Shown here: positions 37,925-51,524 of the stretch, one piece after another
Layout of the letters: each line of letters starts with the position of its first letter
Position numbering within the stretch: the stretch's first letter is position 1
Assembly (NCBI RefSeq): GCF_001194135.2
Contig: NC_068982.1
Location: 185,635,125-185,699,124 of the forward strand
DNA: 64,000 bases
Origin: Octopus bimaculoides
Taxonomy: Eukaryota
Direction: 5' to 3'
Made by a program: the position numbers and the translations under genes
The notes under the pieces: generated by a model
Told to the model about the DNA's origin: nothing
Seen by the model: only the letters and a program-made list of their open reading frames with translations
Database searches by the model: none

Positions 37925-38489
37925 AAATAACATTGGTAATTGATAAAATGCAGATTATCCAATTTCACATGTTACACTCTGGAATGCTGTTTTTGGATTC
38001 ACCCTTTAATCATTAACACTGTCTTATAGCAAACTAACTATCTATATGCTATGGCGTGAACTCTGAACACACTTTATCAAGCTTCATAACATTTTTGTTT
38101 TGCAATGCCAACATTTTAATACTCTAAGAAGTATGATAGTAAATGCTATTTTGCTGTGCTCTGCCTCTGCTATTTAACAATAGAATAGTAATATGTGATA
38201 TTAGATTTTATTATTGTACATTGTTATTGTCATCTTATGAAATTTTAGTCTTATGCAATTAACTGTACTCTAAATTTTTAAGCTAAAATTGTTACAACAT
38301 TTAGTACACTCTGAAGTATTAGAGCTACATGTTGCACTTATTCTAGAGATTGGATAGCAGACATCATGTCCTCTATCATTGGGGTCAACATTTCATAAAC
38401 TTTTCAAGAAAAGAATAACATATAGTGTAGCCTGTAGCACTATATCAATGTATTGTTTATCTTCTAGGATAAGAATTTATAACACATAG

Positions 38490-38625
38490 ACACAGCTGTG
38501 TGGCTGAGAAGTTTGCTTCACAACCACATGTTTTTCTGGTACTTTAGGCAAGTATTTTGTACTATAACCCTGGAATGACTAAAGCCATGTGAATGGATTT
38601 CGTAGATGGGAACTGAAAGCAGCCC

Positions 38626-38630
<5 letters not shown>
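38490..38630 (+). mobile_element. SINE family B head
   Basis: gctgtgtggctgagaagtttgcttcacaaccacatg...ggcaagt...aaagccatgtgaatggatt...ggaactgaaagcagccc. Confidence 0.7.
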
Positions 38631-38658
<28 letters not shown>

Positions 38659-39309
38659 ATATATGAAGTTGTCTATCAGTAGATAACAGCAGGAAAATCA
38701 TGGGCAAGAAAGAGACTTCAGAGGTTGGTGTGCATGAGGGATAGTGTTCTGAGAATGATATTCTGAACCGTTGTAGATGTTTATGGGTGTCCATCTGTGA
38801 TTGTACATGTGTTGTTACATAAAACATGGTTTTAGTGGTCTTCTAGAGGGAGGTGTTTTGTATATATGATCTGGTGTTCAGGGGTCAGTACACATGTAGT
38901 GACAGGGGTTGTGATTCAAGAGTTTTGTTGTAGCATGAATCTTTGTCCTTGTATATTCTTGGGTGCCTTTGTCAGTCACTCTGTTGCGAGTATCATCTTA
39001 GGGGAGGCCCTAAAAGGAAAACAAGTGATCTTTCATGTGGAGTATATCTGTTTCATTGGATAGGTTACTGTTGCTGTTGTTTAACCCCAGGTTAGTCCTG
39101 TCAAGCATACCTATAATTAAAGACATTCCAGCCATGACTTTCCTGACTTTCTAAGACTATGTAGGATGATGCTATATTATGAGAATGGTCTTTCTATAAG
39201 ATAGAAAGGTGTGATGAGGGACATTAGGCTACTATTTCCACTAGGTTCAGTCATCACATTGAGGCTAAATTGATGGCTTGTTTTTGTGTAGCCAGTATAT
39301 ATGCATGGT

Positions 39310-39720
39310 TTGTATGAAGTTAATGAGGATGGTAGTAGTAATGATGATGTGGACAATGATGATGATAAGGATGATAATGGTAGTGATGATGATGAGGAGG
39401 ATGGTGGTGGTGGTGGTGGTGGTGGTGATGATGAGGATGATGGTGGTGGTGGTGGTGGTGGTGATGGTAATAGTAGTGGTGGTGATGCTGATGATGATTT
39501 GCATAGTTGTTGTGTGATGGTGATGGTGGTGATGCAGTTAGTTGCAATCATGATGATGATGATGGTAAGGATGCTGATGGTGGCAGTGGTGGTGGTAGTA
39601 GTGTCAGTGATAGTGCTGGTGGAGGTGGTCGTGGTGGTGATGAAGATGATAGTAGTGGTAGCAATGGTGACTGAGGATGTTTATGATGATGGTGATGGTA
39701 ATTGTAATGATAACAATAGG
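39310..39720. repeat. Degenerate (GAT/GGT)n low-complexity tract
   Basis: Directly visible; source of the spurious poly-H/D/G/V ORFs. Confidence 0.9.
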
Positions 39721-40280
39721 GATGCTGTCAAACCCTACTTCACTTCTCAATACCACACCTTTCAAAACAAAGTGTTCACAAGAACCTGCTTCCCACCTTA
39801 CACACACACACACACACACACACACGCCTCCTGATCTACAGGTGATTTTGGCAAGGTGGGTAGTTTTGGCAGCAGAATCATTATAAAACCTTATCTCCCT
39901 GACCTACTTTTTTTTTCCCTTGCCTCTCTGTCTTTTGCTTCACCACCACCACTGCCNNNNNNNNNNNNNNNNNNNNNNNNNNNNNNNNNNNNNNNNNNNN
40001 NNNNNNNNNNNNNNNNNNNNNNNNNNNNNNNNNNNNNNNNNNNNNNNNNNNNNNNNNNNNNNNNNNNNNNNNNNNNNNNNNNNNNNNNNNNNNNNNNNNN
40101 NNNNNNNNNNNNNNNNNNNNNNNNNNNNNNNNNNNNNNNNNNNNNNNNNNNNNNNNNNNNNNNNNNNNNNNNNNNNNNNNNNNNNNNNNNNNNNNNNNNN
40201 NNNNNNNNNNNNNNNNNNNNNNNNNNNNNNNNNNNNNNNNNNNNNNNNNNNNNNNNNNNNNNNNNNNNNNNNNNNNNNNN

Positions 40281-40334
<54 letters not shown>

Positions 40335-40344
40335 ACACACACAA

Positions 40345-42880
40345 GCATGAAAAGTAGGTCAGGAGAAATTGTAGAGATGCTGGAGTAGAGGAAAGTAGAT
40401 ATGTGCTGTATTCTATTGGTAAAATGGAAGTAAGCTTCTGTCAGACCCTACCTGGGCAAGGAATACAGGTACAAACACCTTCTGAATTAGTGACTGTGAT
40501 TGGGCTGGTGGAATAGGCGTATTATTAGTTGAGAAATCAAGTAATCAAGGCAGTGAGAGTATACTCTTACTGTTAAAATAACCAAGCTTAGGCAAGTCAT
40601 GGACATGACAGTGACATTTATCTCTGCATGCTCTCCAGAGGAACAGGAAGATGGCTTCTATAAGGCTCTCCTGCAGACTATCATGTAGGTTAAATTTAAT
40701 GAACAAATTAGACACCATTTTGATGACTCTTTGCTGTGCATGGTGGCTATGGAAAAAGTATGAGGAATGTGGATAGGTCAAAGCTTCTGATATAAATGAT
40801 CTAACCATTTGCAATGCTAAATTTTGAAATCTGGTCAACCAGCTGATCACTTACCAAACCAATCAGGTAAACACACAAACCAGATATTCTTCATAGTTAC
40901 CAGGAAATGGAATAAACAGTTAAAGAAGATGCTGATTAATACAGACCATTGGTCAGTGACATTTAAGTTAGTACTAGACATAGTTAAAGACAGAAAAGTG
41001 ATACAGAAAAAAGTGTGGAAGTTAAAAATTTTTTTAGATCAGTTGTAGGTTCAAAAGAAAAACTAGTTGATGAAAAGAAGTGGGGGATGATGGAGACTTA
41101 TATGAGAGGATACCTGAAAGTTTCTACAAGTAACAATCAAGTAGAAGATATGCTAAATGTCAGATATACTTATCAAAGTGAGACACTGCAAGTAAGAGGC
41201 TTGCACATGTTCTATGACATAAAGATCAAAGGTGTGAGATATCCAGTATTACAAGATAGTGTACTAGAGAGAATTGAAATGTCATAGGGAAGAATATTCA
41301 TGGAGTAATAGCAGTAAACTTGCCTTCACTGACATTGAAAAGAGATGTGGAAATGCTTTTGAATGAAGAGAATGCTCTAGAGAAAGAGATCCTATACCAA
41401 GTACTCAAAGTGGGATTAAGGACATGAAGGCAGGAAAAGCAGCTGGACCATCAAGAATAGCAACTGAGCTGCTTAAAATATCTGGCAAAGTAGGTCATAT
41501 GTTAGTTGCTCAAGTGATTAATAATTCACAGAGAACACCTGTGAGTGATTGATCAGTATCATCATTAATGGTTAGAAAGGTAAAAAAAACTTGTCCAGAG
41601 AAAGGCAATGACAGAGCTATCAAATTGATGGAGAACTGATTAGGAAGAGAATTAACTTAAATGCAAAGTAGTGCAGATTTATGCCAGGACAAAGTTTCAT
41701 CCATGGTTGCTTCCTTGTGAGATGATGTCAGGAAAGTACTGAGCTAAAAGTAAGCCATTCTGCCTAGCTTTTGTTGATCTGAAGAAGGCTTTTGATGGTG
41801 TTCCATATTTTGTTGTCAGATAGTTCTGAAGAAAACTAAAGATAAAAGAATGGCTTGTGTGAGCCATGAAAGCCTGGACAGAGTTGCTGTTGGCAAGATG
41901 AGAGTCAACAACAATTCAGTGATGACAATGTGCAGATAGGTATTCATCAAGAATTGGTTCTCAGTTTCCTTCTATTTTTTTTTTATAACAGAGGAGATGA
42001 ACCCTAATTGTCTATGGGAACTTTTGCATGCTAATGGGCTAGTTCTTATAGCTGAATAGACCAAAAATTTGGAGGGGAAATTTTAATTTGGAAGTAAGTC
42101 TTAGAATTGAGAGATCTCAGAGGAAACCTAGCAAATATTAAAGTTTTAGTTTGTAAGAAAGTAGACAGGACCCTATGGACATAGAAAAGCTTAGTATGTA
42201 GAAGAGGTGTAATAAGATTCCATTTGGTATACTCATTATAAACCATGAATGCACAAGAAGTGTAGTGGAATTACAGAAATGCTGATATGGAAGGTAGACT
42301 TCATTTGTGGCAAATGTACAAAACTGTTAGCAGTAAGAGTACCTATGAAATAGATTCCTCCAAATGTTCATCAGGCTACCTAAAAGTTAACGATAGCTTT
42401 TGCTTTTGATATGATTTAAAAACAGTGGTGGTAGGGGTTTTGAAAGCACATTTGCTAGAGTAAAAACAAGGTGGATAACGTTCTGGGAACTATTTTATCT
42501 TTTAGTAACAAAGAATTCTCTCTTAGAATGAAGGGCAGATATTTCAAATACTTGCTTACAAAATATGATGCTGTATGACAGTGAAAGCATGGATTATAAA
42601 TGTAGAGGATTTATAAAGGTTGGAAAAATTGGAAGGGAACATATTGGATGTGTAATGTCATTATACATAAATGACAGGGCACAAATGAGTTGAGAGAAAA
42701 GCTGGATATAAGAAGAATCAAATATAGCATGCAAAAGGACTATGATCATGTGAAGTTGTCTGAGGAAGTGGATGGAATGTATAGAAGAGAAAGACATAAG
42801 ACAAAGTGGTGGAGACTGATTTCAAGAGGCTGAATCTTATGAAGGAGATGACAAAGGATTCTGAAGACTCACCCATCTTA
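40345..42880 (+). mobile_element. Old near full-length RTE LINE (same clade as 33460-34850), heavily decayed
   Basis: RSGEIVEMLE*RKVDMCC (APE start), FVDLKKAFDGVP, VG.HQ..VLS, C.WELL.A..L, PHD-like remnants near 42170-42320. Confidence 0.85.
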
Positions 42881-43019
42881 TGCATGCATAAAAAATAAAT
42901 ATAAAATTGATGATAGGATGGCTGGTGATTGTGATGGAAATTAGTATGTATAATATCTAAAAACTCCCTGTGAGAATAGACTTCTGAATGACTATAAATA
43001 GTAGCAGTCTGAGTGAGAG

Positions 43020-45225
43020 TCCGGACAGAACAGGTATTAATCACAGGAGGTCATAAGGTGTCGTTTTGGTAGTTTGTCGGAATATCGTTTGTTGGTTCAT
43101 ATATAGTTCGTGGAGAGTTTGTTGGATTGTTACGTTGTTGTTACTCAGCTTTGTTATATGTTTTATTGTTACTACACAGTTACAATGTGAAAAAAGTATC
43201 ATTATAACAATTGGCAATACAACAATATTGGCAACAAGGATTTGAAGCTCACGCAAGTCAGTTAACAAATTTTTGTGATACAAAGTTGTTAATTTGGGAA
43301 GACCTATTAGCTTCTATAATACAGTTGCAAAAACAGCAACAGGAGTTGCAGAAACAACTACTTCAGCAACAAGAAAAATAATGGAGCTGTGTTTTAAGAA
43401 GTCTGGAAACACTATAAGTTCATTTTCATAAGACGGCATATTGAACTCTATAACAGAATTCAGTTATGACATAGAGGAGGGTATAATGTTTGCAGCATAC
43501 TCTAGAAAGTATGAAGAAATATTCAGGGAAGACTGCAAGTCGTGGATAGACAATGAAAAAGTAAGACTATTATTATGTAAATTAGCATGAAAAATAAATA
43601 TTGTAATTTTGTTTCCAGGAAGCAGATGAACTGCTATCAAAAATATTCAGTGAAAAGAGTTCCCTATTTAACACTTAATGGGAGTATTGGAATCTAGTTA
43701 CAAAAGAAGATGAAGACTTTGTCACATATGTTGGGACTGTAAACCGAATGTGTGAAAGGTTTAAAGTGAAGCAACTAACTCCTGATATGTTTAATCTCCT
43801 CATTTTTGTACAAGGGATTACTGCAAACAAAGTTGCAGAGATACATGTAAGAATTCTCACAAAACTTGAATAGTGGACCAAAGTTTAACCCTGCAGACAG
43901 TTGCAGAGGAGTGTCAAAGAATGGTAAACTTATGTCAGGACATAAAGAAAATTGAAGAAGAGTTCTCACAAGTACAAGCATGTTGACCGGGAAATTATAT
44001 AAACAAAAAAAAAAAAAATATGTTAAGGTCTCTGTTCTAAGACTGAGGCCTGTTTTCAAATAAAGGAAAACGTCATACCTATATTCAAACCATATAGAAA
44101 GGTATCATTTGCTGTGATAAAGCAGGTAGAGGAAGAATTAGACAGACTGGAGAAAATGGAAATTATTCAAACNNNNNNNNNNNNNNNNNNNNNNNNNNNN
44201 NNNNNNNNNNNNNNNNNNNNNNNNNNNNNNNNNNNNNNNNNNNNNNNNNNNNNNNNNNNNNNNNNNNNNNNNNNNNNNNNNNNNNNNNNNNNNNNNNNNN
44301 NNNNNNNNNNNNNNNNNNNNNNNNNNNNNNNNNNNNNNNNNNNNNNNNNNNNNNNNNNNNNNNNNNNNNNNNNNNNNNNNNNNNNNNNNNNNNNNNNNNN
44401 NNNNNNNNNNNNNNNNNNNNNNNNNNNNNNNNNAACAGTGAATACACACAGAGGACTCATCATCATCATCATCATCATCGTTTAACGTCCGCTTTCCATG
44501 CTAGCATGGGTTGGACGATTTGACTGAGGACTGGTGAAACCGGATGGCAACACCAGGCTCCAATCTAATTTGGCAGAGTTTCTACAGCTGGATGCCCTTC
44601 CTAACGCCAACCACTCAGAGAGTGTAGTGGGTGCTTTTACGTGTCACCCGCATGAAAGCCAGTCAGGCGGTATTGGCAACGGCCACGCTCAAAATGGTGT
44701 CTTTTATGTGCCACCCGCACAAGAGCCAGTCCAGGGGCACTGGCAACGATCTCGCTCGAAAATCCTACGAAGGCCAGTCAGGCGGTACTGGCAAGGGCCG
44801 CCATTTGGTATGAAGCTCTCACCTGCAATATTTCAACAGGTTATAGATGTGGTGTTGGTGGACTGTTAATTTGCAATTCCATACTTCAACGATGTATTAA
44901 TTAAAAGTGAACCTCATGATCAGCATATCAAACATGTGAAGTGTGTTTTTCAAAAAATAAGAGATTATGGTTTCACACTCAGTGAGGAGAAATGTGAATT
45001 CTGTGCCAAAAATGAAACATCCAATTGAGATGTAGACCCAGGCTCAGCCACAAAGGCAGTAACTCTGAATCACTGAATGAAAGCTGACTAAATCTGTGGT
45101 GACCTATTCAACCAGTACCAACATGGAAAAGAAGATGCGAAAGGATGACATTATTATTGTCATTTTATGCCTGCTTTCTACGTTGGCATAGATTGGAGTT
45201 ATTGCCTTCCAAGATGGGTCATAGG
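43020..45225 (+). mobile_element. Decayed Ty3/Gypsy LTR retrotransposon (5' LTR end, PBS, gag, RT, RNase H remnants)
   Basis: ...aatacaaca then TGGCAACAAGGA (PBS-like, 43229-43240). Gln-rich gag start with KVRLLL.KL; PIFKPYRKVSFAV..VEEELDRLE; NTHRGL|PFGMKLSPAIFQQ; YFNDVLI; KIRDYGFTLSEEKCEF. Confidence 0.88.
44458..44795 (-). mobile_element. Young RTE 3' UTR copy nested in the Gypsy RT
   Basis: (CAT)n tail at 44458-44480. Inserted between the NTHRGL and PFG codons. Confidence 0.92.
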
Positions 45226-45245
45226 ATATTTTGTTCATATATTTC

Positions 45246-45276
<31 letters not shown>

Positions 45277-45941
45277 TGAGCATATGATGGTGATAAAGAT
45301 ACACACTCACACAAACACACACACATACGCCAACATGACTGTCTGATTGATAAATTATTCATGAAACTTGAAGTATTGAGTACTTTTTCTTTCCTTTTCT
45401 TTTTGTAAGTAACACACATTCATACAACTGCACACTCACATATTTATGGAAACATTTTTGGCTTAATGGATAGGAAGTATGTTTCACAAGTTCAGGGTTC
45501 AGGGTTTGATCACATGGGTGAGTGCTTTGTCCTTTATATTCAGTTTTAGAGTAATGGTTTCATGTCTTTTTATAATTAAGATCTAAACTGTTAATATATG
45601 AATACAAAAGAGAGATTTGAATAACTGTAAACCTTCTTTTGGGCCACCATGCATGTATGTTTGTATGTATATGTATGTACAGATATACATATGTATTATA
45701 TGTATGTATATATATGCATGTATGAATTTTGTTTCTATGATTCCATTTAAGTTCTATATTGGGAATAAATACCAATGATTTGGGGAATATAATTTGCAAT
45801 GGACTGATCTTCTATCCTGGGAGAGTGCTATCTGTTCATTGAATTCTTGCCATGAAATCAGAGTAGAAACATCATCAATGTGTCCAGGTGAGGTCTCTAA
45901 ATCCTATTTAAGTTAATTATTTTAAGGCAACATTAGCTTAC

Positions 45942-46058
45942 CATATTATTGAATTGGTCAAGTTGAGTAATGTTCTTGGGATAACCAAGCACTATAATTA
46001 ATTGCTTTAGTTGCACAGCATCATCAATTTTTTTATTGATTAACTCATTCACATCAAA
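45942..46058 (-). CDS. AK5-like: AK-like gene, exon f (FDVNELINKKIDDAVQLKQLIIVLGYPKNITQLDQFNNM)
   Basis: Acceptor tgtatgtttttattgcAG, donor GTaagc, 117 nt, phase 0-0. IIVLGYPK...Q...F corresponds to the AK LIDGYPR motif. Not in the ORF track. Confidence 0.88.
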
Positions 46059-46144
46059 CTGCAATAAAAACATACAAGAAGCTGTGAAAGTTGATATAGA
46101 ATTAAATTATAGCATTCAAATAAATACAAGTGTGTGTGTATGAA

Positions 46145-46385
46145 ATAAATATATTGGTGCAAGCATGACTGTGTGTATAAGTTCGCTTTCCAGCCATATG
46201 GTTTTCAGGTTCATTCTCCTTGCATGATACCTTGGGCAAGTGTATTCTACTAATCAACCTGAGCTGACTAAAGCCTTGTACATGAATACATTTTTGTTGG
46301 GTTCAGTCTCACTAGCTTTGGGCTGATCAAAGCCATACAAATGAATTTGGTACACAGAAACTGAAAGAAGCCCATTGTATATACG
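46145..46385 (+). mobile_element. SINE family B
   Basis: gcaagcatgactgtgtg...accttgggcaagtg...gaaactgaaagaagcccattgtat, then (TG)n. Confidence 0.8.
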
Positions 46386-46606
46386 TGTGTGTGTGTGTGT
46401 GTATGTGTGCACGTGTGCATGTGTGTCTTTGTGTTCATACTTGTTTCCCACCGTCACATGACATGCAGTGTTGGGTTTTTTTCAGTCTTATTGTAAAGCT
46501 ATTCTCAATAAAATCAAGACTGAAGCAAGTAAAAAATAAAAGATTAAAGTTTAATGGGTTATTTTTATGTGAAAGTTTGATTTTTAACTAAACAATTCAT
46601 TTGTCT

Positions 46607-46745
46607 TTGTTCTGAGTTGAAATTCTGCTGAGGTCAACTTTGCCTTTCATCTTTTTGGAGTCAATAAAATGAGTACCAGTTGAACACTGGGGTTTGCATA
46701 ATTGATTAGACCCTCTCCCAAAATTCCAGGCCTTGTGCTTGCAGT
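46607..46745 (+). mobile_element. SINE family A, 5'-truncated
   Basis: gttctgagttgaaattctgctgaggtcaactttgcctttcatc...gagtaccagttgaacactgggg. Confidence 0.85.
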
Positions 46746-46979
46746 AAAAAAATTTAACTAAACAATTTTTAAGATACACACAACCACGCACACAACTTCA
46801 TTACTACTTACAGAATTACTAGCACAAATGTAAAAGTCACAGATCTCATGTGATATATACACAAAGACAAGAGAGTGTACTGGGGAGGAGGATGTAATGA
46901 TTAAAAAAGTGGTGTTGGTGATGGTGGGGAAGATTACCATGTTTAATAAAATCAAGTTGGATTTACACTTGCCCAGCAC

Positions 46980-47375
46980 CATCATCATCATCATCATCAT
47001 CGTCGTTTAACGTCCGCTTTCCATGCTAGCATGGGTTGGACGATTTGACTGAGGACTGGTGAAACCAGATGGCTACACCAGGCTCCAATCTGATTTGGCA
47101 GAGTTTCTACAGCTGGATGCCCTTCCTAACGCCAACCACTCAGAGAGTGTAGTGGATGCTTTTACGTGCCACCGGCACGAAGGCCAGTCAGGCGGTACTG
47201 GCAACGGCCACGCTCAAAATGGTGTATTTTATGTGCCACTCGCACAAGAGCCAGTCCAGGGGCACTGGCAACGATCTCACTTGAAAGTCCTTACACATGC
47301 CGCGGCCACAAGTGCCAGAAAGGCCACGCTGGGCACAGGTGCCATCACAATTTCACTTTCACTTGCCCCAATAAG
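46980..47375 (-). mobile_element. Young RTE 3' UTR copy
   Basis: (CAT)n tail; near-identical to the 44458 and 63770 copies. Confidence 0.92.
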
Positions 47376-47452
47376 TCTTTGCAAGGTGAGTTTCGTATTT
47401 TGTTTTCTTATTAATGAAGAGCAGGTAGGCGGGTAAAAAAATTTCGCTCACA

Positions 47453-47497
<45 letters not shown>

Positions 47498-47705
47498 TGG
47501 TATTTGCTAGTTTTAGAACCACTTTATTGTAAAGCTATTCTCAATTGCTGAGAAGTAAACACAGATATATATATATATGAAATACAATCTACTAATGTGT
47601 AAAATATATTAAGGATTATATATTAGGTTACATTAGACATATTCAGTTATGACACAACTCTTTTATATGTCTTCATCTTAATTAGAAAAAAAACATATGA
47701 TTAAT

Positions 47706-47775
47706 TAATGTAATTTAATATGTCAATGTAATGTAATTTAATATGTCAATGTAATGTAATTTAATATGTCAATAT
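47706..47775. repeat. Short tandem repeat, about 24-bp unit x3 (aatgtaatttaatatgtcaatgt...)
   Basis: Directly visible. Confidence 0.8.
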
Positions 47776-48692
47776 GTGGGTTATATATCTTATGTATCAA
47801 AAACACATCTCTCAATTCATATTAATGTAGCTACAAACCAGTATAAGAGCCTACATATGGTCACTCAATCTGCTAGAAATAGCAGACAATTGCCGTTGAA
47901 AACACACCAGACTGTCTTACAACAAGGACATAAAATAGTCATGAATGCAAAAAAAACCCCCCAAAAAACCAATGGTTACAGCTGGAATGTCTGTTTGCTC
48001 AGAGTTGACCATTATTAAGGCTGTTATTACTAGCTGAGTAGATGGTTGAACTGGTGCTGGTAGAGCACCACATTAAATGGGTTACAATTGATAGAATAAC
48101 AAATAAAACGCTTTGTGCTATTTGGTTCTGTTTATGCAAATTTCAACTGCTTTGACAAAATACCAGTCAAGTCCTGGAGTCTGTATAGTTGACTGTTCTT
48201 TCGTACCTTATTTCTGATGTTATCGTTCCATTAGAAACCATTATCAATGTTTTTAGAGTGGTGAATTAGTAGAAATAGTGTTAGAAGTTATATTTTCCAG
48301 TGAGAAACTACATTCCTTTATGTTCTGAGTTCAAATCCTATTAGGATTGACTTATAAGTATCTGAAATGCCCTTGAGTGAAATCAATTGACTACAAATTT
48401 ACAGTTAATTTTCATTTGAACTTTGAAAAAGAGATATTGACGTTCAACAAATAAGTCATTTGTTTAGAGTATCCAGCTGGTATAACATTATGACTCATAT
48501 CAAACCAAGGACATATTCACAGATGTCCAACTCCAGTGATAAAGAATCTTTGAGGAGAACTGAAGGTGCATCCAGTATTATTATGTTGTTCAGTTTTTGG
48601 GGTTTTTTAAAACTTGTATAGCTTAGATGGAGAAGAAAAGGCAATGATCTTTTCTTCCCAAGCTAAGAACCCTTTAGCATTTAACCACTTAA

Positions 48693-48912
48693 CCCTTTAG
48701 CATTTAAACCAGCCATATCAAGCCAGAATATTCTACCTGTTTTATGTTCAAAATGGCCAGATCCGGACTCTTATACTTACTCTACAATGTTATTCTAAAA
48801 ATAAACAATCAAGCCATTGAAATCTTGAAGCTATAACACAGCGTATGATTAATTCAAAGCACCGTGAATAAATAAGCATTGCATTTGACAGAGTAATCTG
48901 AATGCTAAAGGG
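48693..48912. mobile_element. piggyBac-type MITE (220 bp)
   Basis: TTAA (48689-48692), then TIR CCCTTTAGCATT ... AATGCTAAAGGG, then TTAA (48913-48916). Confidence 0.92.
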
Positions 48913-49217
48913 TTAAAGGTTCTCTGGGACAAGAAGGAGAAAATGGAGAAGAGTTATCCTTAGACAGGAGGCTTGATCCACATGCTTCAAATACAGTAGG
49001 CTTCACGAAAGGCACCCTCAGGGCAGTAGGCTTTATGAAAGGCATCCCCAGGGTATGTTTGTGCCTTTCATGATGGTCTCATTCGAAGGACGAACAAATA
49101 ACCACTGACCTTTGATGTTCTCCGTTTAAACTCTGACTCAAAGAGAAGGTTTGGAGTGTGGGTGATAGAGGATGTAAGTAAAGTTAAACTGCAGATAAGA
49201 ATTTTAGTGAAGCTCAC

Positions 49218-49396
49218 CTGTTGTATAAATTCGTCATTTCTAATCAGTGTTGCAGTAGTTTTCCACTGGCTACAGTCAGGATTTTTGGGATCATTAATAC
49301 CATTACATACCATCTGACCAATAGAAATAAAATCCAGTCTAGGATATTGCGATGCCAATGTTGTAGCATGCAGCAATTTTTGACAACCTGGGATAC
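49218..49396 (-). CDS. AK5-like: AK-like gene, exon e (P-loop/NMP-binding: G-IPGCQKLLHATTLASQYPRLDFISIGQMVC...SQWKTTATLIRNDEFIQQ)
   Basis: Acceptor ctttgtcttttatatttaAG, donor GTgagc, 179 nt, phase 1-0. Aligns with GGPGSGKGTQC...HLSxGDLLR...GELVP; overlaps ORF 49068..49376. Confidence 0.88.
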
Positions 49397-49738
49397 CTTA
49401 AATATAAAAGACAAAGGAAACAATGAATATTTTCTTTCACTCTGTGTGTGTGTGTCTGTATACATATATGTATATAATATACATATACACACACACACAC
49501 ACACATACATACATACACATATACATATACATATCATATAATTTGAGATGTTTTGGTATTCAGAAGACCCAAAAGGCAGGTAAAGCTGATGTGGCAGTGA
49601 AGGCAATGCTCCAGCATAGCCAAAGATATGATGCCTGAAGTAAACTAAAGAACCTGTATAAAGTGACATCATCACATTCCATGAAGAAGAAGTAGGAGGA
49701 GGAGAAGAAGCAGAAGAAGATTAAGATTGATATGTTAC

Positions 49739-49867
49739 CTGTTAGAAGAATCATTGGGCATTTTGGGAAATGTGGATAAAAAGAGAGTTCTGAAGGATAT
49801 GTTATCTCTTTTGATGAAGTCTCCAAATCACTATAAACTGACATGCACTGTAACTGCATCTGTATTT
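49739..49867 (-). CDS. AK5-like: AK-like gene, exon d (linker plus beta1: IQMQLQCMSVYSDLETSSKEITYPSELSFYPHFPKCPMILLT-G)
   Basis: Acceptor ttttctatttgtccaattAG, donor GTaaca, 129 nt, phase 1-1. Ends PKCPMILLTG, like AK5 RKCKIIFIIG, with the intron in the first P-loop Gly codon. Confidence 0.8.
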
Positions 49868-51299
49868 CTAATTGGACAAATAGAAAATGTACAATTAAAC
49901 AAACACTTATAGCAATTAATATTGATTATAATTTCCATTATATTTAAATTCGGTTGATTATTAAGGAAACAAAATCTACATTGTTTATAGTAAGATTTGA
50001 GGATAAGGGCAATTTATAGCACAAGTGTTTTTGTAGTGACATCTATTGGATGTTTTCTGTAAGTTGTGCTGATACAGCATTCAATCCTATATTCCACAAA
50101 CCTTTTTTTTTTTTTTTTTTATGATAATTTTGAAAATAGTGGTAAGATTTGATATAGACTTAAAATAATAATGGTACTTATTGAAGGAACTGAAAAACTT
50201 AGTTGAACTTGGTTGGATTTGATCTCAGAACATAAACATGACTAAACACTGCATTAAATTTTGTCCAACTATCTACCAATTCAACTATCAAATGGATGAA
50301 GCTAAATACCGCATACAATATTTTCCACCAGTCTACCAATTCTGTTATTATATATTCTTGAATTATCATCCTTAACATCTTTTTCCATGCTGGCATTATT
50401 ATTACTAGTGAAATCCAAGGAAATTCCACAGAACGGAAAAAATTACGAGGAACTTTTTAAGAAAGAAAGAGATGATTTGCATTTTTATTACATATACATC
50501 TTACTGTTGTCTATGCAGTAAATGATACAAAAATATACAATAACAATCTATACAATGCTTAATACATATATCATGCTAGTATTTAATTCTGTTGAAGCTG
50601 CAAGAACAATATATAATTGCATATTCCTTATTATGCAATTTTTTATCATAATTACTTTACATCATATACAATTATTGTACCCAAAACTATATAGAAAGTA
50701 GGAGAGTATTGTTGTTAGCTTGAAGCACTGTGTATTGTTTGTAAAGAATAAAATCCTTTGTACAACAGTTCTTATAGTCCATTGTTTGTATTATAGTGCA
50801 TTGTTGTGTCATTCAAAATATTTTATTCTTCATATAGAAAATATTCACTATGTTTAGTTTCATTTTCTGATTAGTTCATTTCCTTTGAAAATTAAAAGAA
50901 AATAACATTCATGGCTATTTTCCTAAGTTATTTTACATCCAGTTGCAATACTATATTATATAATTTTAAAATTTCCTTCTGCTAAACACTTTATACTTCT
51001 CTCCCCCTCTCTCTTTATATCTACCTCTTACTTTAACAAACTTTTTAATCATGTATTCCCCTCTTCATGTCATTAACATCTCTCTCTCTTTCTCGTCACC
51101 TCTCACTTCCCCTAGTCACATGACAGTTTAATACATTGGCTGGCTATCTGCTATCTCACTCACTCCTTGTCCCTCCCCATCTGTCACTCTCACTCTATCT
51201 CTCAATCACTTCACCTCTTACTCTCTCTAACAAACTAAAGAATTATCATTATTATTATTATTATCATTATTATTATTATTATCATTATTATTTATTCTT

Positions 51300-51512
51300 A
51301 CGGTGGCAGGCTGGCAGAATCGTTAGCATGCTGGACGAAATGCTTAGTTGTATTTCATCTGTTGCTACATCCTGAGTTCAAATTCTGCTGAGGTCGACTT
51401 TATCTTTCATCCTTTTGGAGTCAATAAATTAAGTACCAGTGAAACACTGGAGTTGATGTATTCAACTAGTCCCCTTCCCCCAAATTTCAGGCCTTGTGCC
51501 TATAGTAGAATG
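51300..51512 (+). mobile_element. SINE family A
   Basis: ggtggcaggctggcagaatcgttagc...gagttcaaattctgctgaggtcgac...aggccttgtgcc. Confidence 0.88.
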
Positions 51513-51524
51513 GATTATTATTTA

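Noticed and set aside
39177-39886. Poly-His/Asp/Gly/Val ORFs
   Set aside because: They are translations of a degenerate trinucleotide microsatellite, open in several frames on both strands.
40545-40850. 101-aa minus-strand ORF
   Set aside because: It is antisense to the decayed RTE endonuclease region.
45780-45890. Open frame next to exon f (…QEFNEQ…) or a plus-strand exon ending CAG/GTGAGG
   Set aside because: There is no matching splice pair or homology, and exon 45942-46058 already supplies the missing AK segment.
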